From Azolla caroliniana (lineage: Eukaryota > Plantae > Polypodiophyta): a stretch of 21,105 nucleotides of DNA. Below the pieces are notes generated by a model. The model ran no database searches. It worked only from the letters and a program-made list of their open reading frames with translations, and was not told the DNA's origin. A program made the translations under genes and the position numbers. Of the stretch, positions 18,901 to 21,105 are shown piece by piece. The stretch lies in assembly GCA_043228905.1 (NCBI GenBank), contig JBHGNT010000543.1, positions 1 to 21,105 of the forward strand, in the 5' to 3' direction. Within the stretch, counting starts at the first letter, position 1. Every line of letters starts with the position of its first letter.

Positions 18901-20937
18901 ACTACCTGTCTTAATTTGTAGATGGGAGTTGTCTAGTTATATTCTGTAGCTATATTTTGGTCTATCAGGCTTCATGTATGTGTGATAAGCATTTACAATG
19001 TAATGTTGTTATTTATTGTTTACACTTTCTTAGTTTCAAGCAATCTTCAGTGCACAGGTTCTGCTGTAAATGTTGTACAAGAAGGCAGAAATTTATCTTT
19101 TATCTTTTCGTCTGAAGTTCGAATCTCTGGTGATGTTAAAATTTCGATATGTGAAGCAGGTTTTTCTAAAAAGGTTAAATCATCTTCTACATATATAATG
19201 CATTGTATCTTTCTTTATGTATGTTACATGTATATCCATAATTCAACAAAGCATTTTGACACTGTAATACATCCTTTGACGAACACAGTCTTATTTTGGT
19301 TTTTTTTTTTTCAAAGACAAGACAACATTTTAAGCTGTGATCTCTTGTTTACAACATTTTTTCCTCAGAAAGGCATTAATCTATCTTTCTTTCATCTATG
19401 AAATCTGCTACAATCACAATGTTCTATAGCCCCATCACTACTACTCATGCTACAAGTTAATCAAGGGTTACACAAATGGGCTCCTGACCAAGACATAACA
19501 AGGAGTTACTATAAATCAGGCAATAGCAATTTGTTGTGCACATAGGTCCTTATCTCATGGACCATAATCTCACCACCCTTGTCATCGACATATAAAGGCC
19601 ATTATCCATCCATATATAAAGGCCATTATCTAAGGTATCTTTTCAATACTTGACATCTATCCTTAGAGAACCATCTCAATTCTATATAGTTATGTTACAT
19701 CGTCATATGACTCTCTTCTCTATAATAATGACCTTACTATCTCTACATACAACCTATTTTCCTTTGTTTCGTGTGTCGAGCACTTGTGCATGTTTCTTGT
19801 GTTGTGCTACTTGAGTTGGAGTAAGGTCATGATGTAAATGTATTTTGTGAGCCTCGAGTGCCCTTTTGGATAGAAAAGCTTTTTTCTTTTCCATATCCAT
19901 GAACTAGTTTATAAGGGCTTTAGTTGTAGACTAATCTATTCCCACTCTCTATGTTGAAGCAAATTGAATATTTGATGCCTTAAATCTCTCTTTTCACCCC
20001 AAAACTTCTTCTAATGTAGTGTTTATCATTTCCATCTTATACATTGATGTTCCTTTTTGGCTTTTTTACTCTCTATTTAGGGAGTGTTTCAGCATGTTCA
20101 GCTTGAGCTTTGGCATCTTCGGCTATCTTTGCCCATGTTTAGATTTCCTTAATTACATTGTCTTTAATTTTGGAGATGCATTTTTCCATTGCTGCTTGTT
20201 CTTTTCCTAAATCAACTTTTATAGCCTACTAAGTCCATTTAGAATCCTTGTTGTTCTGCCTAATGGCAAGAGAAAGGAGACTTAAGAAAGATGTTAATAT
20301 GACTAGTATTAGGAATCGACTTAACTGGTTTGTCATTGTCCAAACCAAACCGGTTAAGCCTTAATTGGTTTCGGGGTTTTCAAACTTGAGCCGAACCGGC
20401 TCCTAAACCGGTTTAGGAACCCGTTTAGCCCAAAACGGTTCGGTTCAGCTTGAGCCATCCCAAACTAAGCTCAAACCAATTAAGGAAGCTCAAGCTTGAA
20501 CCAAACCAAACCGTTTTAAAATGGTCAATCATGGTGAATTTGTTGAGATGGAGAGCTTCATGTTTATCACACAATGGATTTGAGTTGAATTGAGAAGTGA
20601 ACATCGCATGTTTTACTTAGCATTGTGTACATTTATCACAATCTCTTTTAAATGAATGAAAGTAGGACAAACAATACCCCTAAGTATATAGCTATCTCTA
20701 AACATTTCATAGAGGTATGTGTATTTATGGATAATGAACCTCACGTGAAAGTGGTCGTTTTCTTTAATGCAGACAACTCTTTATTTCTGGTTCAATACTT
20801 CCTTCGTGGATTCCCAATTGTTTACACTTTCCTCCAAATTGGAACTAGACAAACCTGTCAAATATCTTGACGATGATACACAGGTACATCTTTCCTTATT
20901 CTACCAGACATTGTACAAGATTCACATAGACTTATAA
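6881..20937 (+). CDS. PTEN: PTEN-family phosphoinositide 3-phosphatase / dual-specificity phosphatase with C2 domain; spliced gene, 10 exons: join(6881..6998,8378..8507,11765..11808,13322..13392,15256..15315,15509..15616,17461..17590,17749..17819,19051..19173,20773..20937)
   Basis: Hand-spliced exons give one uninterrupted frame with compatible phases. PTEN motifs are present: EIVSK..RY..GFNLDLSYI..IIAMG.P, GIYRN, KVFNLCAER.YD, PF.DH.P (WPD loop), HCKAGKGRTG (P-loop), RT..GKGVTIPSQRRY (TI loop), SGDVKI, YFWFNTSF, LELDK (C2). An in-frame upstream TAA lies at 6665. The 3' end is uncertain (possible donor after 20883). Confidence 0.95.
7288..7311. repeat. Microsatellite (ATT)8 in intron 1
   Basis: Read directly. 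Confidence 0.95.
8378..8507 (+). CDS. PTEN: PTEN exon 2 (YITPRIIAMGCPSEGTEGIYRNAMPEVSNFLKKFHENRFKVFNL)
   Basis: Acceptor TAG| ending 8377; donor TT|GTAAGG; 130 nt; strong match to PTEN YIYPNIIAMGFPAE..EGVYRN..YKIYNL. Confidence 0.95.
9541..10059 (-). mobile_element. 5'-truncated LINE 3' end (3'UTR with (CTTT)n tail) in PTEN intron 2
   Basis: Aligns over ~500 bp with 16231-16740, which is contiguous with LINE ORF2 C-terminal coding sequence; ends in aaagaaagaaagaaag on the + strand. Confidence 0.88.
10051..10111. repeat. 24-bp direct repeat CTTATGTGTATCCCTTTCCACTTG x2 (10051-10074, 10088-10111)
   Basis: Exact duplicate with a 13-bp spacer. Confidence 0.95.
11095..11350 (-). mobile_element. 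Internally deleted LINE ORF2 fragment in intron 2
   Basis: 11157-11275 aligns with ~403-525 (gaataatgtc..ttggggctgc..catgggg..cattgagac) and 11317-11344 with 811-838 (gtggtgttaaa.accatcactttagttt = TKVMVFNTT). Confidence 0.85.
11765..11808 (+). CDS. PTEN: PTEN exon 3 (LCAERTYDPAKLGGNV)
   Basis: TTAG| acceptor, G|GTATGT donor, 44 nt; matches LCAERHYDTAKFNCRV. Confidence 0.93.
13322..13392 (+). CDS. PTEN: PTEN exon 4 (VEWIPFSDHDPAPTELMFYFCERA; WPD loop)
   Basis: TGCAG| acceptor, GCG|GTAGGA donor, 71 nt; matches [24 protein letters not shown]. Confidence 0.92.
14135..14337. repeat. Tandem duplication, 105 bp + 98 bp units (14135-14239, 14240-14337), intron 4
   Basis: cagctaatgc.acttaaatctatc.aaatgcat.tatttgtttcaattggcatggcatg...ctcttctgaat repeated head to tail with a few substitutions and a 7-bp indel. 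Confidence 0.95.
15256..15315 (+). CDS. PTEN: PTEN exon 5 (CEWLMSDPNNVIAVHCKAGK; first half of P-loop)
   Basis: TGCAG| acceptor; non-canonical donor AAG|GCAAGT; 60 nt; contains the catalytic Cys. Confidence 0.93.
15509..15616 (+). CDS. PTEN: PTEN exon 6 (GRTGLMICAYLVYSQECGDPITALRLYGEKRTKNGK)
   Basis: TTCTTCAG| acceptor, AAG|GTAAAA donor, 108 nt; contains the catalytic Arg; matches GRTGVMICAYLL..YGEVRTRDKK. Confidence 0.95.
16231..17238 (-). mobile_element. 5'-truncated LINE (ORF2 C-terminus with CCHC zinc knuckle + 3'UTR) in PTEN intron 6
   Basis: Minus-strand QLRTSSHQLEIEVG.Y..IPVEGRICQLC*...EEHYVCH..FYEIRERY is a typical LINE ORF2 C-terminus. Homologous to 15-210 and to 9541-10059. Confidence 0.92.
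17461..17590 (+). CDS. PTEN: PTEN exon 7 (GVTIPSQRRYLDYFYDIWKNGPRNIVSLMISKIVLYSNISHKS)
   Basis: TTTCAG| acceptor and GVTIPSQRRY are unambiguous. The 3' end is placed at CAG|GCATGT (GC donor, phase 1), the best donor in phase with the next exon. Confidence 0.85.
17749..17819 (+). CDS. PTEN: PTEN exon 8 (GIRVSIACNGGNNSFKLNSILESK; C2 domain)
   Basis: TTTAG| acceptor, AAA|GTAAGT donor, 71 nt, open frame, phases 1 and 0 fit both neighbours; sequence similarity alone is weak. Confidence 0.72.
18380..18660 (+). mobile_element. Highly decayed LINE RT fragment in intron 8
   Basis: Across frames: VNLAGVLIP..FVDD (~18382-18432), KAKVMVS (~18519-18539), YLGIT (~18624-18638), in the order of the RT YADD, KTKVMVF and YLG motifs. 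Confidence 0.6.
18768..18932. repeat. Diverged 55-bp direct repeat, period 110 (18768-18822, 18878-18932)
   Basis: atttgatcaatga.taacttgca.ct.cctgt.tta..t....gatgggagttgt occurs twice. Confidence 0.88.
19051..19173 (+). CDS. PTEN: PTEN exon 9 (CTGSAVNVVQEGRNLSFIFSSEVRISGDVKISICEAGFSKK; C2 domain incl. CBR3 region)
   Basis: CTTCAG| is the only nearby phase-0 acceptor; donor AAG|GTTAAA; F.F...V.ISGDVKI matches human FEFPQPLPVCGDIKV. Confidence 0.85.
19590..19630. repeat. 17-bp direct repeat ATATAAAGGCCATTATC x2
   Basis: 19590-19606 and 19614-19630. Confidence 0.9.
19840..20270 (-). mobile_element. Possible decayed LINE RT remnant in intron 9
   Basis: Minus-strand KLVHGYGKEKSFSIQKGTRG resembles the RT VNG...F....GxRQG motif. 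Weak. Confidence 0.35.
20340..20520. mobile_element. AACCG/CGGTT-rich palindromic MITE-like remnant in intron 9
   Basis: Perfect 18-bp palindrome TCCTAAACCGGTTTAGGA (20401-20418); 13-bp inverted repeat 20359-20371/20473-20485; same motif vocabulary as the 6104-6514 element. Confidence 0.6.
20773..20937 (+). CDS. PTEN: PTEN exon 10 (TTLYFWFNTSFVDSQLFTLSSKLELDKPVKYLDDDTQ then VHLSLFYQTLYKIHIDL* or splice after 20883)
   Basis: TGCAG| acceptor ending 20772; FWFNTSF and LELDK match PTEN C2 FWVNTFF and NDLDK. The end is either donor CAG|GTACAT (20884) or TAA 20935-20937. Confidence 0.85.
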   Translation, partial: TTLYFWFNTSFVDSQLFTLSSKLELDKPVKYLDDDTQVHLSLFYQTLYKIHIDL

Positions 20938-21105
20938 TGTATTGGTCTTATAGATAGTTTTGGCTCTTCGAAAACATTAATATAATATTTGGTTTCTCTT
21001 TCTATATCCCCCTCTCCTTAAAATCAATGTATATATAAAAACAACATGACAACACAAGAAATCCCTCTAAGACGTAAGTCTAGCTAATGTGAAGGAACAA
21101 CCCTT

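Noticed and set aside
20652-20870. 72-aa ORF overlapping exon 10
   Set aside because: Wrong frame; the PTEN C2 motifs are in the frame starting at 20773.

Overview
AT-rich eukaryotic genomic DNA. The microsatellites, MITE-like elements, LINE relics and long TE-filled introns suggest a large-genome land plant such as a fern or other non-seed plant; this is an inference, not a demonstration. The main content is one spliced + strand gene, largely missed by the ORF track, encoding a PTEN lipid/protein phosphatase (PTP-like domain plus C2 domain). I assembled 10 exons by hand from ATG 6881 to 20883 (if spliced onward) or to TAA 20937 (if read through, 339 aa): MGSSWLDTAPLVRAKCFLREIVSKEKLRYTQHGFNLDLSYITPRIIAMGCPSEGTEGIYRNAMPEVSNFLKKFHENRFKVFNLCAERTYDPAKLGGNVEWIPFSDHDPAPTELMFYFCERACEWLMSDPNNVIAVHCKAGKGRTGLMICAYLVYSQECGDPITALRLYGEKRTKNGKGVTIPSQRRYLDYFYDIWKNGPRNIVSLMISKIVLYSNISHKSGIRVSIACNGGNNSFKLNSILESKCTGSAVNVVQEGRNLSFIFSSEVRISGDVKISICEAGFSKKTTLYFWFNTSFVDSQLFTLSSKLELDKPVKYLDDDTQ(VHLSLFYQTLYKIHIDL*). 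Four points stand out: (1) the full animal-type P-loop HCKAGKGRTG, unlike angiosperm PTEN1/PTEN2; (2) intron positions and exon lengths that match human PTEN; (3) a GC-AG intron splitting the catalytic loop; (4) a second probable GC-AG intron, these two being the only short introns. The rest is decayed LINE retrotransposon sequence (one family present four times), a TIR-bearing MITE-like element in the promoter, microsatellites and small tandem duplications. No prokaryotic-type system, CRISPR array or RNA gene is supported.
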